Below are positions 1 to 8,389 of a stretch of 64,000 nucleotides of DNA, one piece after another. Location of the stretch: assembly GCA_015057325.1 (NCBI GenBank), contig SVEQ01000001.1, forward strand, positions 318,837 through 382,836, given 5' to 3'. The position numbers and the translations under genes were made by a program. The notes beneath the pieces are model-generated. The model was not told the origin of the DNA. It did not search any database and saw only the letters and a program-made list of their open reading frames with translations. The stretch comes from Lachnospiraceae bacterium (GTDB lineage: Bacteria; Bacillota; Clostridia; Lachnospirales; Lachnospiraceae). Numbering within the stretch: position 1 is the stretch's first letter; every line of letters begins with the position of its first letter.

Positions 1-19
1 ATGGCTTGGTGAACTTAGT

Positions 20-1249
20 GTGGAATATTCATCATCCGGATATTTTACGCTTAAGGTTACTTCTAATGAAGGGGAATTATATTTCCACTCCAATGTTAAT
101 CCACGCATTGAAGGGAAAATATTGGCTGAAGAATATTATGATGTAGATATAGATGAGTATATAGTGTATGGACTATCGCTGGGGTATCATATTAATGCAT
201 TGTTAGATATAGATGATGGCATATCCATTGATATTATAGAGCCTAGATTAGATGTTATATGTGCAGCAATGCACTGTATGGATATGAGCCGATTATTGAC
301 TAATGAAAGGGTGACTATCACCTATGATCCCGGTTATTCTAAAATGAGCAAAATAATAAATGACCGAAAGAAAATGGTTATACATTATCCTACGATGAGA
401 TCAATCAGGGATGATAAAATACGATTATCTTTGCAAAAGTATTTTATACATGAGAGTGGAGTTAGAAAATACCTTGTTAAGTTTAAAAATAACTTTAGGG
501 AGAATATAAAAAATGTAAATGGTTATGTAGATGAATTGAGACCGTTGTTTGCCGGCAAAAATGCAGTACTAGTTGCGGCTGGGCCATCTCTTGACAAGAA
601 TGTACACTTGCTAAAAAAAGTTTCCGAAGGAGTATTGATAGTAGCGGTAGGAACGGTATATCACAAACTTATTAAATTGGGAATTGAGCCTGATTATGTT
701 GTGGTTCTTGATTCACAGGAGAGTACAGCAAAACAGTTTGAGGACTTATATGATATGAATGTTCCGGTACTGATTGCCTCTACAGCAGTAAAAGAAGTAG
801 GCATGAAATATAAAGGTATGAAATATCTTGTTTGCCAAAGAGGCTATAATAAGGCTGAACAGTATGCACTAGAACATAATTATACGCTTTATGATACAGG
901 CGGTTCTGTGAGTACAATTATGTTAGATATATGTCTTAGACTTGGTTGCAAGGAAATTGCGTATATAGGACTTGACCTTGCATATACGAACGATAGAACA
1001 CATTCTAAAGATACAAACGATGTTTGTGAAATTGATGACGAAGATAATATAATCAAAGTTGAAGCAATTGATGGGAGCATGGTCAATGCAAGTCGTGTAT
1101 TTGTTATCTATAGAGAATGGATGGAGAGACGTGCTAAACATGAGGATGCAAAGGGGAAATTAATAGATGCTACTGAAGGTGGGGCGTTGATAGATGGATT
1201 TCGGATTGAAAATCTTGCGTCTGTGCTCAACCGCTTTTCGATGGAATAA
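20..1249 (+). CDS. maf: Maf-type (DUF115 / MptE-like) motility accessory factor, putative flagellin nonulosonic-acid transferase. The frame stays open back to nt 2, so the N-terminus may lie outside the window.
   Basis: 409-aa ORF with GPSLDKN and GGSVSTIMLDICLRLGCKEIAYIGLDLAY segments typical of DUF115 Maf proteins. It lies in a pse island beside flagellin. Confidence 0.7.
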   Translation: MEYSSSGYFTLKVTSNEGELYFHSNVNPRIEGKILAEEYYDVDIDEYIVYGLSLGYHINALLDIDDGISIDIIEPRLDVICAAMHCMDMSRLLTNERVTITYDPGYSKMSKIINDRKKMVIHYPTMRSIRDDKIRLSLQKYFIHESGVRKYLVKFKNNFRENIKNVNGYVDELRPLFAGKNAVLVAAGPSLDKNVHLLKKVSEGVLIVAVGTVYHKLIKLGIEPDYVVVLDSQESTAKQFEDLYDMNVPVLIASTAVKEVGMKYKGMKYLVCQRGYNKAEQYALEHNYTLYDTGGSVSTIMLDICLRLGCKEIAYIGLDLAYTNDRTHSKDTNDVCEIDDEDNIIKVEAIDGSMVNASRVFVIYREWMERRAKHEDAKGKLIDATEGGALIDGFRIENLASVLNRFSME

Positions 1250-1308
1250 ATGGACGACAAATTTTGCTTGTAATGACTAAATGTAGTATAATTGGAGATG
1301 GTGTCGGA

Positions 1309-2487
1309 ATGAAAACTATATTGTTTTGTGAATTCGATGGTTTGGGTGAAAAACAGATTGAAAAGGTATTGAGTAACTTTGGCTATAACGTTGTTACGTA
1401 CAAAAGGAAATGTGAGAATTATGATACGGATAAGAGCTATTATGATTCGTTGCTTGCAATGATTGATTCTGAAAAGCCACAGTATGTGTTTTCGATAAAT
1501 TATCTTCCGATTGTAGCTAAGGTGTGTCGTGTTTACAGAATACTTTATATTTCATGGATATATGATAGCCCGGAGTTACATTTATATTCATCTTCGGTTA
1601 AGAGCCCTTATAATAGGATTTTTCTTTTTGATAAGCTTCAGTATGAAAGATTTCATCATGTTAATCCGGAATCATTCTTTTATATGCCTCTTGCAACAGA
1701 ACCAATGTCGTTGCAAGATATGGATAGCATAACTGCTAAAGAACGGGAACAATATAACGCGGATGTAGTTTTTATAGGCTCTTTGTATAATGAAACTAAT
1801 AAGAATTTTCATGATATTAAGAAGCTTAATCCGTATATAAAAGGCTGGATAGAAAGTGTTGCCAATTCCCAAAGCCTTGTGCAAGGATATAATTTTATTG
1901 AGGATGCCTTGACAGATGAATTGGTTGAAAGTATTAAGACTGGGTTACAATATGAACTGATTGATGACTATGAAGGTGCTGATAAAGAAATAATTGCCGA
2001 TATATATATTGGATCCTATGCAAGTTACAAAGATAGGGTTTGTACATTACAAAAGATAGCAAAGAAATATCCGCTTACAATATACACAGGTAGTGATACA
2101 AGTGAGTTGAACGGTGTGATTAATAAAGGCATAGCTTATACAGATTCTATGATGCCCAAAATATTCAATCAGGCCAAGATTAATATTAATATTACATCTA
2201 AGACGATTCGTAGTGGAATACCCCTTAGGGTGTTTGATGTGCTCGGAAGCAGAGGATTTCTGATTACTAACTATCAGCCGGAATTGTTGGATTATTTTGA
2301 ACCCGGTAAGGATTTGGTTATTTATAATAGTCATGATGAATTGGATGAGTTGATAGGATATTATTTGAAGCATGACAATGCCAGAGAGAACATTGCGGAG
2401 CACGGCTGGAATACTGTAAGAGAAAACTATACTTATGAGAAGATGATTTCTTTAATATTTGAGTTTGTAAAAAACAAAATCAGCTAA
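1309..2487 (+). CDS. CgeB-like glycosyltransferase-family protein (DUF3880 + Glyco_trans_1_2 type)
   Basis: C-terminal LRVFDVLGSRGFLITNYQPELLDYFEPGKDLVIYNSHDELDELIGYYLKHDNARENIAEHGWNTVRENYTYEKM matches the CgeB-family tail. Clear paralog of the C-terminal half of ORF 19186..21447. Start moved to ATG 1309 (GGAG 8 nt upstream). Confidence 0.6.
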   Translation: MKTILFCEFDGLGEKQIEKVLSNFGYNVVTYKRKCENYDTDKSYYDSLLAMIDSEKPQYVFSINYLPIVAKVCRVYRILYISWIYDSPELHLYSSSVKSPYNRIFLFDKLQYERFHHVNPESFFYMPLATEPMSLQDMDSITAKEREQYNADVVFIGSLYNETNKNFHDIKKLNPYIKGWIESVANSQSLVQGYNFIEDALTDELVESIKTGLQYELIDDYEGADKEIIADIYIGSYASYKDRVCTLQKIAKKYPLTIYTGSDTSELNGVINKGIAYTDSMMPKIFNQAKININITSKTIRSGIPLRVFDVLGSRGFLITNYQPELLDYFEPGKDLVIYNSHDELDELIGYYLKHDNARENIAEHGWNTVRENYTYEKMISLIFEFVKNKIS

Positions 2488-2510
2488 AAAAGATTTGGAG
2501 GTATTGGGTT

Positions 2511-3500
2511 ATGCTTAATGACAAGGTGATACTAGTTACAGGAGGAACGGGGTCTTTTGGAAAGAAATTTCTTGAAATGGTTTTCGAAAAATATACTCCG
2601 AAAAAGGTGATCATTTATTCACGTGATGAATTTAAGCAAAGCGTTATGCAGAGTGACTATAAGGATAAAGTTGATATGAGCAGAGTTCGCTTCTTTATCG
2701 GTGACGTGAGAGATAAAGAAAGGATGTTTCGCGCCTTTGATGGAGTTGATTATGTTATTCATGCGGCCGCAATGAAGCAGGTCCCTACATGTGAATATAA
2801 TCCAATGGAAGCAATAAAGACTAATATTCATGGTGCTCAGAATGTAATAGAGACTGCTTTAGACAGGGGGGTCAAGAAAGTAGTTGCGTTATCAACTGAT
2901 AAAGCAGTTAACCCGATTAATCTATATGGTGGTACTAAGCTGGTTTCTGACAAATTATTCATAGCTGCTAACGCATATAGTGGCCAGAATGGAACCGTTT
3001 TTTCAGTCGTAAGGTATGGTAATGTTGCAGGAAGCCGTGGGTCGGTTATTCCGATATGGAAGAAAATAATAGATGATGGTGGAACAACGCTAGGGGTTAC
3101 TGATATGCGTATGACACGTTTCTGGATAACACTTGAGCAGGGAGTTGAATTGGTGTTCAAGGCGTTGGAAGAGTCTAAAGGCGGTGAAACATACATATCA
3201 AAAATTCCATCATTCCATATTGGAGATCTTGCTAAGGCAATGCTTCCAGAGTGTACGATAGATGAGTTCGGAATCCGAGAGGGCGAGAAACTTCATGAGG
3301 TTATGATTACGAAGGATGATTCCAGATCAACATATGAATATGATAAACATTATATAATATATCCGAATTATACGTGGGCAAGTGATTCCAATATCTTACC
3401 GGGAGGAAAACCTGTGGGGGAAGGTTTTGAATACAATTCGGGTAATAATGTTGAATGGTTGTCGGAGGAACAGCTAAGAGAGGCGTTGAAGAGGATATAG
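2511..3500 (+). CDS. pseB: UDP-N-acetylglucosamine 4,6-dehydratase (inverting), PseB/FlaA1 type
   Basis: VTGGTGSFGKKF Rossmann motif, YSRDEFKQ, FFIGDVRD, HAAAMKQVPTCEYNP, STDKAVNPINLYGGTKL, VRYGNVAGSRGSVIP. Genomic context with pseC/G/I/F. Confidence 0.85.
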   Translation: MLNDKVILVTGGTGSFGKKFLEMVFEKYTPKKVIIYSRDEFKQSVMQSDYKDKVDMSRVRFFIGDVRDKERMFRAFDGVDYVIHAAAMKQVPTCEYNPMEAIKTNIHGAQNVIETALDRGVKKVVALSTDKAVNPINLYGGTKLVSDKLFIAANAYSGQNGTVFSVVRYGNVAGSRGSVIPIWKKIIDDGGTTLGVTDMRMTRFWITLEQGVELVFKALEESKGGETYISKIPSFHIGDLAKAMLPECTIDEFGIREGEKLHEVMITKDDSRSTYEYDKHYIIYPNYTWASDSNILPGGKPVGEGFEYNSGNNVEWLSEEQLREALKRI

Positions 3501-3560
3501 AATAGAGAGGATAATACATGATGTTTGTAATAGGATTTGTTGAATTAGGAGAGATATTAT

Positions 3561-4145
3561 ATGGAGAAAATGCAATTTAAGGCAGTTGAATTAAAATTTC
3601 TTTCTGACGATATAATAAAACAGATTAGAAATTGGAGAAACCAGGATTTTGTTAGATTACAAATGTTTACACAAGATATTATAGGGGAAAAAGAACATAT
3701 CAAGTGGGTAGAAACTATTAAAAAAGATGAAAATCGACATTTGTTTGTTTTTTTTCTTGATGACAAGCCGTTTGCGGTTGTTCAGAGTAGGTATTATCCT
3801 GAATATGATTATGTTGAGACAGGAGACTATCTAATTTCTACAGATTATCAGGCATTGGGTTATGGAACATTTTTGAAGTATTATACTAATGAGATTATGT
3901 ATTACGTTCTGAACTATAATACAATTCATGGAGAAATTTTAGATACTAATAAAAAGAATATTAATGTTGGGAAAAGACTTTTTAATAACGTTAAGAAAGT
4001 AGAAGAACCACGCATTGTTGCTGGTGAATTTCATGACGTTTATATAATTGATAGTTGTAAATCAGATTGGGAGAATAATCAAAAACGCCATCTTGAAAAA
4101 CTAGTGAATCGCTTTATTGACTCAGATATAGAGATAATGATTTAA
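3561..4145 (+). CDS. PseH-like GNAT N-acyltransferase
   Basis: IRNWRNQDFVRLQMF...EHIKWVETIKKDENRHLFVFFLDDKPFAVVQ follows the WRN...H..W...F.v pattern of PseH-type GNATs. It sits directly upstream of an ACP gene. Confidence 0.55.
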   Translation: MEKMQFKAVELKFLSDDIIKQIRNWRNQDFVRLQMFTQDIIGEKEHIKWVETIKKDENRHLFVFFLDDKPFAVVQSRYYPEYDYVETGDYLISTDYQALGYGTFLKYYTNEIMYYVLNYNTIHGEILDTNKKNINVGKRLFNNVKKVEEPRIVAGEFHDVYIIDSCKSDWENNQKRHLEKLVNRFIDSDIEIMI

Positions 4146-4161
4146 GAAATGGAGGACATAT

Positions 4162-4377
4162 ATGAATAATAAGGATAAGATTAAAATATTAAAGGAAATA
4201 TTGGACTGTGAAAGTGAAATAACACCGGAAACAGCTTTGTCGGATTTGGATGAGTGGGATTCTGTTGCTATTCTTTCGTTTATTGCAATGATGGATGATG
4301 AGTTTGGTAAGGAAGTAAAGGGCTCCGTAATAAGACAGTTTGTAACAGTTCAAGATGCCCTTGATTGCATGGAGTAG
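4162..4377 (+). CDS. Acyl carrier protein (stand-alone, island-specific)
   Basis: 71 aa, acidic. LDEWDSVAILSFIAMMDDEFG carries the DS phosphopantetheine-attachment motif at the start of helix 2. Confidence 0.75.
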   Translation: MNNKDKIKILKEILDCESEITPETALSDLDEWDSVAILSFIAMMDDEFGKEVKGSVIRQFVTVQDALDCME

Positions 4378-4385
4378 TTTGTCAA

Positions 4386-5429
4386 ATGAAGGGTAAGCAA
4401 TTTATAAAATCAGAAGTAACTGGAATTGCTTGTGCAATTCCTACTAAAACAGAAGAAGCAAATTTATACCTTGAACAGTTTGGGGAAAATGCTGTTAAGA
4501 GATTTGTTGATGCAACTGGAATAATTCAGCGTCGCGTATCTAATGGGAAGCAGACGGCATCAGATTTGTGTTATGTTGCAGCTAGGGAATTGATGGGTAG
4601 CAAGGGACTTACCGGAGATGATATTGATGCGTTGATTTTTATGACACAATTTCCTGACTACAAGATACCATCCACAGCATATGTTTTGCAATATCGTCTA
4701 GGAATAAAAAAAGAATGTATGGTTTTTGATGTTAACTTGGGATGCTCGGCATTTGTTAATGGTATATATTTTTTGAGTGGGATGATTGAAAGTGGTACAA
4801 TTGAAAGAGCGCTCTTACTAATAGGAGATGTTGATATTGAATCAGAAAAAAAAGCAAATATCTCGTTTTCTATGATGTTCGGAGATGCGGGGGCTGCATG
4901 CATTGTTGAACGTGGTGTTGGTAGAATAAATGGGATGATACGGTCTGACGGTTCCGGCTATAGAACAATAATAACGCCTAGACCGGGTGCGAGATTCCCT
5001 GAAAAAACAGATGAACCCATGACAAAAAAGATGAATGGAGAAGATACATTTTTATTTACTATTACAAAAGTTCCAAAGCTTTTTAAGGAGTTTTTCACAG
5101 AGTTTTCCTGTGATAAAGACGAGTTTGATTATTATATTCTTCATCAGGCCAATTCAATGATAATTCAACAAATAGCAAAAAAATTGAAAGTGCATGTTGA
5201 CAAATTTCCGATTTCACTTGATAAATATGGAAATACGGACGGTGCCTCTATACCGGTTACTATTGTTGATTTGTGTCAAAAAATAAAAAAATCTCAAAAG
5301 CTTAAGTTAATAGTATCTGGTTTTGGTGTTGGTTTGTCGTGGGGGATTGTTTCGTTCGAAATTGATTCAAATAGCGTGCTTCCGATTATTGAGACTGATG
5401 AGTATTATATTGAAGGGAGAACAATATGA
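4386..5429 (+). CDS. KAS III (FabH)-like 3-oxoacyl-ACP synthase / acyltransferase
   Basis: Cys-His-Asn triad contexts are present: NLGCSAF, ILHQANSMI, YGNTDGASIP. Thiolase-fold length. ATG 4386 preferred over TTG 4365. Confidence 0.75.
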   Translation: MKGKQFIKSEVTGIACAIPTKTEEANLYLEQFGENAVKRFVDATGIIQRRVSNGKQTASDLCYVAARELMGSKGLTGDDIDALIFMTQFPDYKIPSTAYVLQYRLGIKKECMVFDVNLGCSAFVNGIYFLSGMIESGTIERALLLIGDVDIESEKKANISFSMMFGDAGAACIVERGVGRINGMIRSDGSGYRTIITPRPGARFPEKTDEPMTKKMNGEDTFLFTITKVPKLFKEFFTEFSCDKDEFDYYILHQANSMIIQQIAKKLKVHVDKFPISLDKYGNTDGASIPVTIVDLCQKIKKSQKLKLIVSGFGVGLSWGIVSFEIDSNSVLPIIETDEYYIEGRTI

Positions 5430-6181
5430 CGAATCCATTCGATTTTACACATAAAAAAATAGTAATTACAGGTGCTACATCAGGAATTGGACTCACGACT
5501 GCAATTATGCTGGCAAAACAAGGGGCTATAATTCATGCGGTTGGAAGAAGAGAGGAAGCTTTGATAGATGTAATGAACCGACTTGATGGAGACTGTCATA
5601 GATATCATATTGAGGATTTATGCGGAGATGTTAATTATAGAAAGCTTTTTGATGAAATTGTTTCGGATGGGAAAAAGATAGATGGAATGGTCTATTGTGC
5701 TGGAATTGCAAAAGTATTACCGGTTAATATAGTAAATTATAAAAACATGGACGAAACAATGCGTGTTAATTTTTATTCATTTATTGAGATGGTTTCTGCG
5801 TTATCAAAAAAAAGGTATCATGAAAATACAAGTATAGTGGCGGTTTCATCAATAGCAGCTGAATATCCTGGAAAGTGTCAGGGAATATATGCAGCATCGA
5901 AGGCGGCTATGAATACAATGGTACAGTCTCTTGCGCTTGAGTTAACAGAAAAGGATATCAGAATTAATACAGTTATGCCTGCGTCAACAAATACTAGAAT
6001 GCTTAATGAAGCTAATGAAAACCGAGGGCAAAAGGAAGTTGAGAGAGAAATACATAAACAACTTCTTGGGTTGGAGGAACCTGAAGATATATCAAATGTA
6101 ATAATGTTTTTATTAAGCGACGCTTCTCGTGTGATAACAGGCAGAGCAATATATGCTGATGCTGGATACATTGATTTTTAA
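5426..6181 (+). CDS. Short-chain dehydrogenase/reductase, FabG-like (3-oxoacyl-carrier-protein reductase candidate)
   Basis: ITGATSGIG (TGxxxGxG), VSSIAA catalytic Ser region, YAASKAA (YxxxK). 4-nt overlap with the upstream KAS III gene. Confidence 0.8.
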   Translation: MTNPFDFTHKKIVITGATSGIGLTTAIMLAKQGAIIHAVGRREEALIDVMNRLDGDCHRYHIEDLCGDVNYRKLFDEIVSDGKKIDGMVYCAGIAKVLPVNIVNYKNMDETMRVNFYSFIEMVSALSKKRYHENTSIVAVSSIAAEYPGKCQGIYAASKAAMNTMVQSLALELTEKDIRINTVMPASTNTRMLNEANENRGQKEVEREIHKQLLGLEEPEDISNVIMFLLSDASRVITGRAIYADAGYIDF

Positions 6182-6198
6182 GATATTTAGAGGTTGGT

Positions 6199-7269
6199 AT
6201 GGAAGTTGTTTTTAAAAATAAAAAAATAAGCGGAATTTTATCGGTATTACCTGAAACAGAGAGTTATTTTGATGACGAAATTGGTAATTATAATTTTCCT
6301 GAAAAGCAAACAAAGAGACTTAAAAAGATAATGGGGTATAATAAGCATAGAATATCAAAAGACTCAAGTACGGCATCTGACTTCTGTGTAGAAGGTCTTA
6401 ATTATTTGTTGGATGAAAATTTAATTAAAAAGGAAGAAATTGGGGCGATAATAGTTGTTGGACTTTCGCCTGATTATTTTTTGCCACAAATAAGTAATAT
6501 AATACATGGTAAATGCGAGCTTGCGCAGGATGTACTGTGTATTGATATGCCACAGGGGTGTTGTGGCTATTTATTAGGATTGATGGAAGCATTTATGCTT
6601 CTTGAACATATGAATAAAAAAATAGTACTTTTCAACGCGGATGTATTAAGTCATAAGGTGTCAAAGTATGATCGCAGTGATTATCCATTAATTGGTGATG
6701 TGACTACCATTAGCGTCATTGAGAATGATGATGATGGAAAAGAGATTGAATTTAGATTATTTACTGATGGTAGTAGTCGCAATAATTTACAAATACCTGC
6801 AGGTGGATTTGCAATGCCTTCAACACCGGATACAGCAAAAATGGTGGTGATGGAAGATGGAAATAAAAGAAGTTTAGACAATCTGCATATGAACGGTGGA
6901 GAAGTATTCAATTTTGTACAGCGAGAAGTTCCACCTATGCTTGAAAAGATGCTTTCAGATTTAGGAAAAGACAAGGAATCTTTTGAATATTTCTTGTTTC
7001 ATCAGCCTAATCGTTTTATGCTAGAAAAACTTACAGATACATTGAATATTCCATACGAGAAGGTGTTTATGAATGTTGTTGAGAATTATGGCAATCCTAG
7101 TGGAGCATCAATTCCAACGGCTATTGTGCAGAATTTATCAGAGCAAATGGTAACTGAGAGGAAATACAAATGCTGTATGTCTGCTTTTGGAGCTGGTTTG
7201 ACTTGGGGAGCTATGTTTCTTGAATTAGGGAACATGTCTTTCTGTAGAATGATTGAGACAAATTTATAG
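6199..7269 (+). CDS. Second KAS III (FabH)-like enzyme
   Basis: Triad contexts PQGCCGY, LFHQPNRFM, YGNPSGASIP. Diverged paralog of 4386..5429. Confidence 0.7.
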   Translation: MEVVFKNKKISGILSVLPETESYFDDEIGNYNFPEKQTKRLKKIMGYNKHRISKDSSTASDFCVEGLNYLLDENLIKKEEIGAIIVVGLSPDYFLPQISNIIHGKCELAQDVLCIDMPQGCCGYLLGLMEAFMLLEHMNKKIVLFNADVLSHKVSKYDRSDYPLIGDVTTISVIENDDDGKEIEFRLFTDGSSRNNLQIPAGGFAMPSTPDTAKMVVMEDGNKRSLDNLHMNGGEVFNFVQREVPPMLEKMLSDLGKDKESFEYFLFHQPNRFMLEKLTDTLNIPYEKVFMNVVENYGNPSGASIPTAIVQNLSEQMVTERKYKCCMSAFGAGLTWGAMFLELGNMSFCRMIETNL

Positions 7270-7278
7270 GTATTAGAG

Positions 7279-8088
7279 ATGAGTAATCAAACTAAAGACT
7301 TAATTCAAATAAAAGTTCATAAAGAAATGATTGATATGTATTTAAAAACAATTGAGACTGAAAAACAATACTCTAATTGTTACTTTAAAAGGGCTGAGGC
7401 AAACCAGATAATAGAGAATAGTCTTGCGTTTTATACATATAAAAATGGTTTTTTATTGTTTGCTGAAGGAAGAGGGTACATAAAACTATATTTCTGTACG
7501 GACGATTTTGGTTGGGTGAGTGATTTATCACGAATAAAAGAAGACATAGACATATCTGAATTTGCAATAGAAGTTGTTTCAAAAGAAGAAAAGCCGTATA
7601 ACTTGAATGATGTAGTGCCATATACGCATATTAAACAATACATGAGATATAGAAGAGTAGGAAATCCGGCAGATGATAAAAGTGATAACGAATGTGTTAC
7701 ATATTGTCTTGAGAATGATACAGCGCGTATAAAAGAGATGTTAGATGCTTATTTCACACCTATTGGAGATGAATTGCCAACGGAACAAGAAATAAAAGAA
7801 TTCATTATTAAGGGTAATGTTATCTGCATAAAGGAAAAGGATAATTTATGTGGATATATCATCTTTGAAGATAAAGGAAAAACATCATATATTAGAAACA
7901 TATGTGTTGATGAACAATATAGAGGACTAGGAATAGGAAAGGAATTGTTAGATAAGTATAATGGACTTCATAAGGGATTTAAAGTGTTTACGTTGTGGTG
8001 TAATAGCAATAATGAAAATGCGTTAAAACTATATTCTTTAGCTGGATATTGCTTTGATAATCTTCTAAATACAATATACATTTGTTAA
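7279..8088 (+). CDS. Two-domain protein: unknown N-terminal domain plus C-terminal GNAT acyltransferase
   Basis: C-terminal IRNICVDEQYRGLGIGKELL (acetyl-CoA/pantetheine-binding Q/RxxGxG/A motif) and NENALKLYSLAGY. Confidence 0.6.
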   Translation: MSNQTKDLIQIKVHKEMIDMYLKTIETEKQYSNCYFKRAEANQIIENSLAFYTYKNGFLLFAEGRGYIKLYFCTDDFGWVSDLSRIKEDIDISEFAIEVVSKEEKPYNLNDVVPYTHIKQYMRYRRVGNPADDKSDNECVTYCLENDTARIKEMLDAYFTPIGDELPTEQEIKEFIIKGNVICIKEKDNLCGYIIFEDKGKTSYIRNICVDEQYRGLGIGKELLDKYNGLHKGFKVFTLWCNSNNENALKLYSLAGYCFDNLLNTIYIC

Positions 8089-8139
8089 TTGGTTATAGTA
8101 ATTAAAGAAAAAATATTTTATTTAAAAGGAGAAACTAAA

Positions 8140-8370
8140 ATGAATGAAATTTATGAGATTTTAAAAGAATTAAGACCGGAATTTGATTTTACTGACAGTG
8201 AGGATTTTGTTGAAGATGGATATCTTGATTCATTTGACATTATTTCACTTGTATCAACAATTGAAGATAAATATTCAATTAAAATTTCTGGCTTAGATGT
8301 ATTGCCGGAGAATTTTTGTTCTGTTGATGCAATTGTAGCTTTAATAAAGAAAAATCATGGAAATATCTAA
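8140..8370 (+). CDS. DltC-like (D-alanyl-type) peptidyl/aminoacyl carrier protein
   Basis: 76 aa. EDGYLDSFDIISLVSTIEDKY closely mirrors the DltC EEGLLDSFGTVELL serine-attachment region. AGGAG RBS before ATG 8140. Confidence 0.7.
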   Translation: MNEIYEILKELRPEFDFTDSEDFVEDGYLDSFDIISLVSTIEDKYSIKISGLDVLPENFCSVDAIVALIKKNHGNI

Positions 8371-8389
8371 TTAATTAGGAGGGAATACC

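Noticed and set aside
4365-4385. The TTG start at 4365 for the first KAS III gene, overlapping the ACP gene.
   Set aside because: ATG 4386 gives the conserved N-terminus (MKGKQF...) without the overlap, so the TTG extension is unnecessary. Similar 5' trimming was applied to the ORFs at 1264, 8089, 13711, 14868, 15805, 16908, 18001, 21533, 22272, 22974, 25777, 40423, 40690, 42427, 49413, 52969, 53861, 54805, 56193 and 59028, and on the minus strand at 34965 and 46778, on RBS and homology grounds.
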